From positions 1,504,001 to 1,568,000 of the forward strand of contig OY970342.1 of the NCBI GenBank assembly GCA_963717505.1: DNA of 64,000 nt, given 5' to 3'. This stretch comes from Candidatus Eiseniibacteriota bacterium. Lineage in GTDB: Bacteria > Eisenbacteria > RBG-16-71-46. The position numbers were made by a program, and so were the translations under genes. Positions 17,895 to 26,603 of this stretch are shown here, in pieces (the stretch's first letter is position 1; the number at the start of each line of letters is the position of its first letter). A model generated the notes under the pieces. The model ran no database searches, was not told the DNA's origin, and saw only the letters and a list, made by a program, of their open reading frames with translations.

Positions 17895-18766
17895 GTGTGT
17901 TGGATCGGCGCGGGACGCTGCGAATGTAACAGATGATTGGCTCGGAGCGCCGCAGCAACGCGCACGGCGCGTGCGGTCTCGAGTACATCGTGGGTGCGGA
18001 TGATGTTCGCCCCGAGGTAGATGCTGATCGCCGCCGCGGCGAGGCCGCCCTCGATTCGCTGGTCGGTCGGGAGGTCGAGGATCCGGCCGAGGAAGCTCTT
18101 GCGTGACGCCCCGACGACGATCGGACGCCCCAGTTCTGCCAGTTCCGGAAGACGGGCGATCAGCTCGAGGCTGTGTTCCAGGGTCTTGCCGAAGCCGATT
18201 CCGGGGTCGAGTGCGATTTGTTGGGGCGCGATGCCGGCGGCCACCGCACGGCGCATGCGGTCGGCCAGAAAGTCGCGTACTTCGGCCGCTACGTCGTCAT
18301 AGTGCGGGTCGACCTGCATGGTCGCCGGCGTGCCGCGCATGTGCATGAGCACCAGTCCGGCGCCCTTCTGCGCCACCGTCCCGGCCATGGCGGGGTCGCC
18401 CAGCGCGGTGACGTCGTTGATCGCGTGCGCCCCGGCGTCGAGCGCGGCACGGGCGACCTCGGCACTGGCGGTGTCGACCGACAGCGCCGGGCCTTTGGAG
18501 TCCGACGCCAGTGCCTCGAACACCGGCAGCAATCGACGCTTCTGTTCGGCTGCGGGGACCGGGGCCGAGCCCGGTCGCGTGCTCTCGGCGCCCAGGTCGA
18601 TCAGGTCGGCGCCTTCGGCGGCGAGCCGGCGGGCGTGGTCGATGGCAGCCTCGGGCTCGAGGAATCGGCCCCCGTCCGAGAACGAGTCAGGCGTGACGTT
18701 GACCACGCCCATCACGAGCGGGCCCGCCGCCAGGTCGAACACGCGATTACGGCAGCGCCAGATCAT
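17891..18766 (-). CDS. folP: Dihydropteroate synthase
   Basis: MGVVNVTPDSFSDGG, GAESTRPG, DPGIGFGK, SRKSF and IRTHDV motifs. Confidence 0.96.
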   Translation of the reverse strand: MIWRCRNRVFDLAAGPLVMGVVNVTPDSFSDGGRFLEPEAAIDHARRLAAEGADLIDLGAESTRPGSAPVPAAEQKRRLLPVFEALASDSKGPALSVDTASAEVARAALDAGAHAINDVTALGDPAMAGTVAQKGAGLVLMHMRGTPATMQVDPHYDDVAAEVRDFLADRMRRAVAAGIAPQQIALDPGIGFGKTLEHSLELIARLPELAELGRPIVVGASRKSFLGRILDLPTDQRIEGGLAAAAISIYLGANIIRTHDVLETARAVRVAAALRANHLLHSQRPAPIQHT

Positions 18767-18821
18767 GGTACCCCTTCGGATTCGCTGGGAGCCCGCCGCG
18801 GTGCGGGAGGTCTGCGCCGGC

Positions 18822-19298
18822 TCAGCGCAAGACCGCCTCCTTGAGCCTCTGGATTTGTGCGGCGTGGTTGTGCGCGTGCTTGGCGTAGATCTCGAGCCAG
18901 GTCTCGGCCGTGTAGCGTCCGCTCTCGGAGTGCGTGCCCTCGCGTCGCCATTCTTCGTCGGACATCACGCCGAGCAACTGCGCGGTGGTCGCGCGCGCCG
19001 CGAGAAACGCGGTCATCGCCGGCGCGATGTCGCGCTCTTCGTAGCGGAGTCGGCGCGCGTACGCCTCCTGGTCGTAGCCATGGATCACAGGGTTGTCCTC
19101 GGCCAGGAGACGACGCAGACGGATCGCCGAGGTCATCTCGCTGTCGGCCAGGTGATGAATGATTTCCGCTGCCGACCACTTTCCGGGGAAAGGGTGGGAA
19201 GTGAGGTGCTTCCTCGGGAATCCTTCGAGCGCCCGCTCGACCTCGTCGTAGCCGTCGGCGTAGCGCGAGATCAGTTCCGCACGTTCCTGCCGTGTCAT
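18822..19298 (-). CDS. DinB family protein
   Basis: GKWSAAEIIHHLADSE and C-terminal HAHNH motifs. RBS before ATG19298. Confidence 0.85.
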   Translation of the reverse strand: MTRQERAELISRYADGYDEVERALEGFPRKHLTSHPFPGKWSAAEIIHHLADSEMTSAIRLRRLLAEDNPVIHGYDQEAYARRLRYEERDIAPAMTAFLAARATTAQLLGVMSDEEWRREGTHSESGRYTAETWLEIYAKHAHNHAAQIQRLKEAVLR

Positions 19299-19523
19299 GG
19301 CTGGTCTCCTGCCCATTTGTGTCGTGAGTCCCGGCGCGAAACGCTGCCGCTCCGGCACTCTCCGGCAAACGCTGACCGCCGTTGACGTTCCAGAGGTCAT
19401 GATGGTAGCACTTACCGGTCTTTTTGCCCTCGACCGGCTGTGCGACCGGAACTGCCGGCTTCTCGTCGCTGCACACCTCGCTTCGCACGCGCACATTTGC
19501 TCAGTTCAGGGAGGCACCGCCCG

Positions 19524-20990
19524 ATGAAGTGGTCGAAGCGCGTGGCGCTTGGCGCCGCGCTGCTGGTGAGTTCCGTCGTGCCCGCTTCGGCCCAGGTCAC
19601 CGGCCGCCCGTTCGAGGTTTCCGCGGGTGCCGGCTTGATGGCCTTCGACACCCGCACCTACATCAAGGACGCCCCGACCTACGGCCTGTCGCTCGGCTGG
19701 CGCTGGTCGCCGTGGGTCTCGTTCGACGCGGCACTGCAATACACGATGTCTGAGTCGACCGTGGGGACCTCGGGGGCCGACCACGAATTTGGCTACCTCG
19801 GGCTCGACGTGCGCTGGCATCTGCGTCCGGCCGAGGACAAGGTCGTTCCCTATCTGCTGACCGGCGTCGGCTACGCGAGCAGCGAGAGCGACGCCCGTTC
19901 CCCGGTCTCGAGCGAGGGCATGGCCGGGAGCCTGGGGATCGGCCTGCTCTACAACCTCCTGGGAAATCCACGCACCTACCTGCGGCTGCAAGTGCGCGAC
20001 ATGCTCCTGCGCGACCGGACGACGGACCTGGTCAATGATTTCGCAGTGACCGCGGCGTTCCACTACGTGATCGGTGGCAAGTACAAGGACGTCGACTACG
20101 ACAGCGTGCGCGATTGGCTCGACAACTGCCCGCTGACTCCGATCGGGGCCACGGTCACGGCCGAAGGCTGCCCGACCGATGCCGACCGCGACAGCGTCTG
20201 GGACGGCGTCGACCAGTGCGACAGCACGGCGTTCGGCTGCAAGGTCGACGACAAGGGCTGTCCGCTGGATGCCGACGGCGACAAGGTGTGTGACGGCATC
20301 GACAAGTGCGCCGACACGCCGCTCGGCGCCGCCGTCGACAGTTTGGGGTGCACCGCCGATTCGGACGGGGACGGTGTGCTCGACGGCCTCGACCAGTGCG
20401 CCGACACACCCAAGGGCGCCACGATTGACGCACTCGGCTGCTCGGTCGACACCGACGGCGACGGCGTTGCCGACGGCATCGACCAGTGCGCGAAGACGCC
20501 GAAGAACGTGCCGGTCGACGAGCGCGGCTGCCCGACGCCCGAAGGCCTGCTCATGATCGAGTTGATGGACAGCGGCAAGATCCGGCTCCAGAACGTCAAG
20601 TTCGCGACCGGATCCGCCAACCTGGTCGAGGAGGCCAAGCCGGTTCTCGACGTCGTGGGTGGGGTTCTGCTCAAGATGCCGACGCTCAACTTCGAGATCG
20701 GCGGTCACACCGACAACCAGGGCGGCGCCGACCTGAACCGCCGGCTCAGCGAATCGCGCGCGAAGTCGGTCCGCGACTACCTGCTGGGGCGGTTCCCCGA
20801 GATCAACCGGGAGCGGCTGAGTGTGCGCGGCTACGGATCATCGAAAGCGATCGCGCCGAACACGACCGAAGCCGGCCGGGTCGCGAACCGGCGAGTCGAG
20901 TTCGTGGTCACCAACCGCGACGAGCTGCTGCGCATCATCCGCGGCGAGCCGGCGCCGACGCCGGAGAAGACGCCGGAGGGCGGCAACTAG
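19524..20990 (+). CDS. OmpA family protein: beta-barrel + thrombospondin type 3 repeats + peptidoglycan-binding domain
   Basis: Signal peptide, repeated D-x-DGDGV-x-D-x-x-D-x-C...GC units, and GHTDN, LSESRAKSV and NRRVEF motifs. Confidence 0.92.
   Translation: MKWSKRVALGAALLVSSVVPASAQVTGRPFEVSAGAGLMAFDTRTYIKDAPTYGLSLGWRWSPWVSFDAALQYTMSESTVGTSGADHEFGYLGLDVRWHLRPAEDKVVPYLLTGVGYASSESDARSPVSSEGMAGSLGIGLLYNLLGNPRTYLRLQVRDMLLRDRTTDLVNDFAVTAAFHYVIGGKYKDVDYDSVRDWLDNCPLTPIGATVTAEGCPTDADRDSVWDGVDQCDSTAFGCKVDDKGCPLDADGDKVCDGIDKCADTPLGAAVDSLGCTADSDGDGVLDGLDQCADTPKGATIDALGCSVDTDGDGVADGIDQCAKTPKNVPVDERGCPTPEGLLMIELMDSGKIRLQNVKFATGSANLVEEAKPVLDVVGGVLLKMPTLNFEIGGHTDNQGGADLNRRLSESRAKSVRDYLLGRFPEINRERLSVRGYGSSKAIAPNTTEAGRVANRRVEFVVTNRDELLRIIRGEPAPTPEKTPEGGN
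20089..20535 (+). repeat. Five TSP3-type Ca-binding repeats within the OmpA protein
   Basis: About 30-aa tandem units, each with DxDxD and two Cys. Confidence 0.85.
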
Positions 20991-21010
20991 CCTTCTGGAA
21001 CGCAATTGCG

Positions 21011-21047
21011 ACGGGCCCCGTGCCAACGGGCGCGGGGCCCGTTCTTC
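21011..21047 (+). terminator. Hairpin terminator after the OmpA gene
   Basis: ACGGGCCCCGTGCC-loop-GGCGCGGGGCCCGT followed by TCTTC. Confidence 0.7.
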
Positions 21048-21101
21048 TGGGAGTGATTGCGATAGTCTTGGGGGCCCATTCGGTGAACGCGGGAGGGCCA
21101 C

Positions 21102-21437
21102 ATGACCATTGCCGAGCTGCGTCTGTGGGTGCCGGGGATGAACCTTCTGGGTGCGGCCGCCGTCGCCGCGCTGTCGCTGCCGTTGATCCGGCGCCGGGTT
21201 CCGATGAACCCGTTCTACGGTGCGCGGTTTCCGAAGTCGTTCCAGTCGGACGACCTCTGGTACCGCATCAACGAGCACGCCGGCAGGGTGCTGTTGCGAT
21301 GGTCGGTGGTGGTCGCCATTCTGGGGGTCGTCGCGTTGTTCGTCGGCGACGCGCGCGTGCTCACCGCGCTGGGGTTTGCCCCCGCGCTGTACCTGATCGG
21401 GGCGGTCGAGTCGTACCTGTACTCGCGGAAGCTCTAG
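21102..21437 (+). CDS. SdpI/YhfL family membrane protein
   Basis: PMNPFYGARFPKSFQSDDLWYRINEHAG matches the SdpI N-x-x-x-G-x-R...W motif. Three TMs. Confidence 0.75.
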   Translation: MTIAELRLWVPGMNLLGAAAVAALSLPLIRRRVPMNPFYGARFPKSFQSDDLWYRINEHAGRVLLRWSVVVAILGVVALFVGDARVLTALGFAPALYLIGAVESYLYSRKL

Positions 21438-21522
21438 CACCAGGAGTCCACTGAATGGTTCTCCGCGCATCTGCTCCGAACTCGAGCCACGGTTCAACGT
21501 ATGCGGAACCATTGGAGGTGCT

Positions 21523-22281
21523 GTGAGGACAGAGGCAGGCGGAAATGCCAGCAAAGTACCCGAGGTCAACCTGCTCTTCTGGATCATGAAGATCGCCGCC
21601 ACCACCCTCGGTGAGACCGCCGGCGACGCGGTATCCATGTCGATGAATCTTGGCTACCTGGTGGCTACCGGCATCTTCGCTGCACTGTGCATTGCGGCCG
21701 TTGGCATCCAGATCGCTGCCAAGCGCTTCCATCCCGTGGTCTACTGGATCACCATCATCACCACCACCACGGTGGGCACGACGCTCGCCGATTTCGCCAC
21801 TCGCTCCCTGGGGATCGGCTACGCGGGAGGGAGTGCGCTCCTGCTCGTGCTTCTCGTCGGATCGCTCGCGGTCTGGTATCGCACGATGGGCGTGGTGTCC
21901 GTGATTTCGGTGAGCACGCCCAAGGTCGAGATGTTCTACTGGGTGACGATCATGTTCTCGCAGACGCTCGGCACCGCGCTCGGCGACTGGACCGCGGATA
22001 CGGCCGGCTTGGGCTACGCCGGGGCGGCGGTGGTCTTTGGCGCATTGTTGCTGATGGTGGCCGCTGCATACTTCTGGACCCGCATCTCGCGCACCGTGCT
22101 GTTCTGGGCCGCCTTCGTACTGACGAGGCCCCTCGGTGCCGTAGTCGGAGACTTTCTCGACAAGCCGGTTGCGTCTGGCGGGCTGGCCCTGAGCCGCTAT
22201 ACGGCGTCGGCGGTGCTGCTGGTTTTCGTATTCGGTTGCATCATGGTGTTCAAGCAGAAGGCGGCCAGGGCGAGTCATTGA
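21523..22281 (+). CDS. COG4705/DUF347 repeat membrane protein
   Basis: SKVPEV..FWIMKIAATTLGETAGD, FYWVTIMFSQTLGTALGD and LTRPLGA motifs. Confidence 0.88.
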   Translation: MRTEAGGNASKVPEVNLLFWIMKIAATTLGETAGDAVSMSMNLGYLVATGIFAALCIAAVGIQIAAKRFHPVVYWITIITTTTVGTTLADFATRSLGIGYAGGSALLLVLLVGSLAVWYRTMGVVSVISVSTPKVEMFYWVTIMFSQTLGTALGDWTADTAGLGYAGAAVVFGALLLMVAAAYFWTRISRTVLFWAAFVLTRPLGAVVGDFLDKPVASGGLALSRYTASAVLLVFVFGCIMVFKQKAARASH

Positions 22282-22371
22282 CCGCCTCATCAATCGGGAC
22301 GATGGCAGTTCCGGCGCCCGAGATTCCGCCGCTCCACGCGCCGCCGGAGCGTGGCTCGCGGGGAAAGCACA

Positions 22372-24867
22372 TCATCGGATGCGGACAATCCTGGTGCCGA
22401 CGTTCAATTGCTTCGACTGAACGCGCGCCAGGTACACGCCCGCATCTACCTCACGGCCCGCGTCGTCTCGTCCATCCCAAGAGAAATGGTGCACCCCAGG
22501 AGTGAGGGCGCCACGGTGAAGTCGGCGCACGAGCCGGCCAGCGATGTCGAACACCACGACGCTGCCGTCCTCCGTTCCGGGCTGATCCAGTCGGAGGGTC
22601 ACGACTCTGGGAAACGGATTGGGAAAGGCGGCCAGGCGAATCCCAGCTGTCGACGATCCTTCCTCGATGGCTGTAATTCCGCGTGACAGGCTCGCGAAAT
22701 AAGAGTGGGGAAGCCCATCGACGGACCTGAAACTGCCGCCGAAGAGAACGCTGCCCTCGTGGACACCGATGGCCCAGATGGTACCGGTCGCATCTGCGCT
22801 CCATTCGGTGGGCAAACCCGTCGCTGCATCGATCGCTGCCAGGCGGTTTCTGGGCAGTCCGCCCATCTCGGTGAAGGTGCCACCCGCGTATACGATTCCC
22901 GAGCTGACAGCGAGGGAGGTGACCAACGTGTTGGCGTATGGGTTCCACGACGTGGCCATGCCGGTGGTGGCATCGAGGGCTGCGATGTTGTTCCGAAGCT
23001 CGCCGCCGATCATGGTGAAGGCGCCGCATGCGTAGACCGTCTCCCCTCGCACGACGAGTCCGCGGACGTACGCTGTGGCTTCCGGCACATTCGGGTTCCA
23101 GCTGGTAGCCGCACCCGTCGTGGCATCGAGTGCGGCGATGTGGTTGCGGGCCGCTCCGCCGATGGTTGTGAACTGGCCTCCTGCGTAGACGGTCCCGCCG
23201 CTCACGGCGAGAGCCAGTACATTCGAGTTCGCATACGGCACCCAGTCCAAGGGCCAGCCGGTGACCGTGTCCAGGGCGGCGAGGTAGTTGAATGGCCCAC
23301 CGACGACTTCGGTAAAGTAGCCACCGATGTAGAGCGCGCCTCCGCTGATGGCAAGTGCGGTGACGGCGCCATTCACATCGGAGTACCAATTAGGGACAGC
23401 GGTTCCAGTCCCGGCGTCGAGGGCTGCGATTCGCCTCCGTGGTCTCCCGCCGATGCGGGTAAATTCGCCGCCGGCGTAGACCCGGTTACCGTGCACGGCC
23501 AATGCGTAGACATCGCCGTCGGGGTCCGGGTTCCAATCGGTCGCCATGCCAGTGGCAGCGTCGAGGGCCGCGAGACGGTTCCGCGTCACTCCGCCGGCGC
23601 CGGTAAACCAACCTCCCACGTAGAGGATCCCCTCGGACACCGAGATCGCAGAGACAGGTCCATTGAGCCCGGGGTCCATGGGGATGACGGTGCCCTGTGA
23701 GTCGAACGCTGCGAGTTGCGCGTTGGTCTGGCCACCGATCGGGTCGAACCAGCCACCCGCGTAGATCGTGTCGCCATTCGCTGCGAAAGCCCGGACGGAT
23801 GAATAAGCGAGGTTCGGGTTCCAATCCGTGACGGCGCCGGTCACGGCGTCGACCGCGGCGATGCCGATGCGTGGCTGGTCGCCGATGGCGTAGAACTCGC
23901 CCCCGACGTACACCGTTCCGCCTCGGACCAATAGCGCATTCACCGTGTCGTCAGCACGCGGGTCCCAATCCGTGGCCACGCCGGTGACGGCGTCGACGGC
24001 GGCAAGGTGTTGGCGGTATTGACCACCCATATAGTAGAAATTCCCCGCGATGTAGACGAGCCCGTCGCGCACCGTCAAAGCACTCGCATGATCGAGCTTG
24101 AGGATCCGGTCCAGCGTCGGATCCCGCTGGTTGTCGTTGCGTGGGAGCGGACTACCGACGTTTCCCGGGTCCCATGGAGTGACCGCGCCGGTGGCGGAGT
24201 CCAGTGCAGCAACCAGGTATCGGGGCTGACCGCCCATGCTGAAGAACCATCCCGCCACGTAGACGGTTCCGCCGCTCGCCGCCAGGGCGACGATTCCCGC
24301 TCCTGCCTCGGGGTTCCAATCAGTGACCGCCCCACTCAGTGCGTCAACCGCTGCGATGCCGCCGCGCGGTTGGCCACCAATGGCGGAAAAGGACCCGGCG
24401 ACGTAGACCGTATTCCCGCTCACCGAGATGGCGTGAACGACGTCGTTTGGATCTCCATTGGGATTGGGGTTCCACGTCGTGAGATTCCCATCGCGGTCCA
24501 GGTGAGCGAGATTGCCGCGGGGTGTCCCCAACACGGCAGTGAAGGACCCACCGACATACCAACCCCCATTGCCATCACTGGCGACCGCGTTGGCGGTGCC
24601 CGCAATCATTGGGTAGGGCGCTCGCGGCTGCCCCGTGCTCGCATCCAGAGCGAGTGCGCAACCCGTGGCGGGGGAGATTCGCGTGAATGATCCGCCCAGG
24701 TAGACGATGCCGCCATTGCTCACAACCGTGCGCACATCCCCATTCGGCACCCAGAAGTCCTGTGAGACGAGTTGGGGCCAGACGTCGGTTGACGAGAAAA
24801 CGCCGGCAATGAGCAGGATCGCGCCTGTGACGCTCGAAACCCGCATAGGTTGGTTCCTCGGAGCCAT
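22372..24867 (-). CDS. Secreted beta-propeller repeat protein with C-terminal FlgD-like/T9SS-like Ig domain
   Basis: Signal peptide, about a dozen ~50-aa repeats (WNP...V.ALAV.G.TVY.GG.F..IGG..R..IAA.DA.TG), and tail FPNPF...FDIAGRLVRRL...WDGRDDAG...GVY. Confidence 0.85.
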   Translation of the reverse strand: MAPRNQPMRVSSVTGAILLIAGVFSSTDVWPQLVSQDFWVPNGDVRTVVSNGGIVYLGGSFTRISPATGCALALDASTGQPRAPYPMIAGTANAVASDGNGGWYVGGSFTAVLGTPRGNLAHLDRDGNLTTWNPNPNGDPNDVVHAISVSGNTVYVAGSFSAIGGQPRGGIAAVDALSGAVTDWNPEAGAGIVALAASGGTVYVAGWFFSMGGQPRYLVAALDSATGAVTPWDPGNVGSPLPRNDNQRDPTLDRILKLDHASALTVRDGLVYIAGNFYYMGGQYRQHLAAVDAVTGVATDWDPRADDTVNALLVRGGTVYVGGEFYAIGDQPRIGIAAVDAVTGAVTDWNPNLAYSSVRAFAANGDTIYAGGWFDPIGGQTNAQLAAFDSQGTVIPMDPGLNGPVSAISVSEGILYVGGWFTGAGGVTRNRLAALDAATGMATDWNPDPDGDVYALAVHGNRVYAGGEFTRIGGRPRRRIAALDAGTGTAVPNWYSDVNGAVTALAISGGALYIGGYFTEVVGGPFNYLAALDTVTGWPLDWVPYANSNVLALAVSGGTVYAGGQFTTIGGAARNHIAALDATTGAATSWNPNVPEATAYVRGLVVRGETVYACGAFTMIGGELRNNIAALDATTGMATSWNPYANTLVTSLAVSSGIVYAGGTFTEMGGLPRNRLAAIDAATGLPTEWSADATGTIWAIGVHEGSVLFGGSFRSVDGLPHSYFASLSRGITAIEEGSSTAGIRLAAFPNPFPRVVTLRLDQPGTEDGSVVVFDIAGRLVRRLHRGALTPGVHHFSWDGRDDAGREVDAGVYLARVQSKQLNVGTRIVRIR

Positions 24868-25056
24868 GCAGCGGCCTGAACGGCGCCGTGGTACTACCCA
24901 CCGTTAGCGGCATGAGTTCCGGAGCCCAGGGGCCAGGCCCGATCAAACGAGTGATCTATCGCGCGCGGCGGGAGTTCTACGGGCGAATGGCCAGCAAAGA
25001 TGGGAAGGCGCGAAAAAGCTACATACGGGCCGGTTCCCGGGGGCAGCTGCGGCGAC

Positions 25057-26352
25057 CTAGGTCCGCTGCTTCTTCTTCTCCGCCGCGGGGAACAGCACGT
25101 TGTTCAAGATCAGCCGGTAGCCCGGCGAGTCCTTGAAGCGCGACAGCTCGGTGGGCGGGTCGCCGACCATGTGCTGGTAGTCCTCGGGGTCGTGGCCGCC
25201 CATGAACGTGAACGTGCCGCGGCCGAACTGGCCGTGCAGGTACTTGATCTCGTCTGCGCCCTCGACTTCGCCGAGCACGACGATGCCGCTCTTCAGCCGC
25301 GCCCGCCGGAAGCCGGTGCTCTGCCCGAGGAACTCGGGCACCGCGTTCACGTGGTTCTGGATCAGCATGGTCGGCACCGGGTCGTTCTTGGCCGAGAAGT
25401 CGAACAGGGTGAACCAGGTGTTGGGTCCGCGGATCGCCGCTTCCTGGGTGACGTCGATGTCCGAGAAGCGATAGAGGAACGGATCCATCTCGAGTCGGAA
25501 GTCCTTGAAGGCGAGCGTGCGCGAGTAATCGAGCTTGCGGTTGGCGAGCGGGTCGGCCGGATCGCCGTCGTAGACGACGTCGGCGATGTCGATCCCCATC
25601 GCGGCGAGCCCGATGTCGTAGGTGTCGGTCGCCGAGCACATGCCGAACATGAAGCCGCCGCGGCCGACGTAGTCCTTGATCGCGAGTGCCACCGCGGCCT
25701 TGAGCTGCGAGACCTTGCCGAAGCCCAGCCGCTTGGCCATCGCCTGCTGCACCTGCTCCTCTTCCACGTACCAGGGGAAGGTGTGGTAGGCGGCGTAGAA
25801 CTTGCCGTGCTGGCCGGTGAAGTCCTCGTGGTGCAGGTGCAGCCAGTCGAACTTGGGCAGGTCGCCGCGAATCACCTCTTCGTCCCACACCTTTTCGTAG
25901 GGGATGCCGGCGTACTCGAGCGCCAGTGTGACGGCGTCGTCCCAAGGCGGCTTGTTGGGCGGAATGTAGACGGCGACCTTGGGCGGCTTCTCGAGTGCCA
26001 CCGCTTCCATGTTGTTGTCGGCGATCTCGGCGCGGATCGCGGCTTCGTCGGCGCCGCCGATCCGCTCGATCGTCACACCGCGAATGTTGGCCTCGCGCGC
26101 GATCGACGCATCGTCGGGCAGGAGGAACGAGCCGCCGCGATAGTTGAGCAGCCACTCGCCCTTGGCGCCCTGCGAGAGCGCCCAATAGGTGAGTCCATAG
26201 GCGCGCAGATGATCGGTCTGGGCCTCGTCCATCGGAACCAGCACCTTGGCGTGCGCGGGTGCCGCGGCGAGTGCCAGGGAAGCCGCGAGCGCCACCGGCC
26301 AGATCTCGACGATTTCGGCCCACGAATTGTCGCGCTTGGCGGGGGTCTTCAT
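25057..26352 (-). CDS. Exported class I glutamine amidotransferase-like protein (family often labelled asparagine synthetase B in Bacteroidota)
   Basis: Signal peptide ending AHA, then LVPMDEAQTDHLRAYG, DWLHLHHEDFTGQ, GGFMFGMCSA and GGHDPE. Start is uncertain: the frame is open to 26553 and the extension adds a TM segment. Confidence 0.75.
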   Translation of the reverse strand: MKTPAKRDNSWAEIVEIWPVALAASLALAAAPAHAKVLVPMDEAQTDHLRAYGLTYWALSQGAKGEWLLNYRGGSFLLPDDASIAREANIRGVTIERIGGADEAAIRAEIADNNMEAVALEKPPKVAVYIPPNKPPWDDAVTLALEYAGIPYEKVWDEEVIRGDLPKFDWLHLHHEDFTGQHGKFYAAYHTFPWYVEEEQVQQAMAKRLGFGKVSQLKAAVALAIKDYVGRGGFMFGMCSATDTYDIGLAAMGIDIADVVYDGDPADPLANRKLDYSRTLAFKDFRLEMDPFLYRFSDIDVTQEAAIRGPNTWFTLFDFSAKNDPVPTMLIQNHVNAVPEFLGQSTGFRRARLKSGIVVLGEVEGADEIKYLHGQFGRGTFTFMGGHDPEDYQHMVGDPPTELSRFKDSPGYRLILNNVLFPAAEKKKQRT

Positions 26353-26603
26353 GTCGCTCCGCTGCATACGCCGCCGAGCACGGTGGGTGAGCAACAACGC
26401 GATCCCCAAGGTCAGCACCGTGACCACGGCGACCACGATCATCACCGCGACCGAGGCGAGTGCGCCCGCCACGGCCAACAACGGACCACGCGGCCTCCGG
26501 GGCGGGGTGCCCAGGAAGGATCGTCCAACGTCGATTCGATAGACGCGTCGCATGGGGCGGATTATCTCAGATGCCTATGGGGGGCCATACGGAAAGCTGT
26601 GGG

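Noticed and set aside
21102-21437. SdpI (and YdeI at 4142) as evidence of a toxin or bacteriocin locus
   Set aside because: No toxin precursor, maturation or export genes are adjacent, and orphan members of these families are common.
22700-24800. Nucleotide-level repeats suggesting a DGR or array
   Set aside because: They are diverged protein-level propeller repeats. There is no reverse transcriptase or adenine-specific TR/VR pair.
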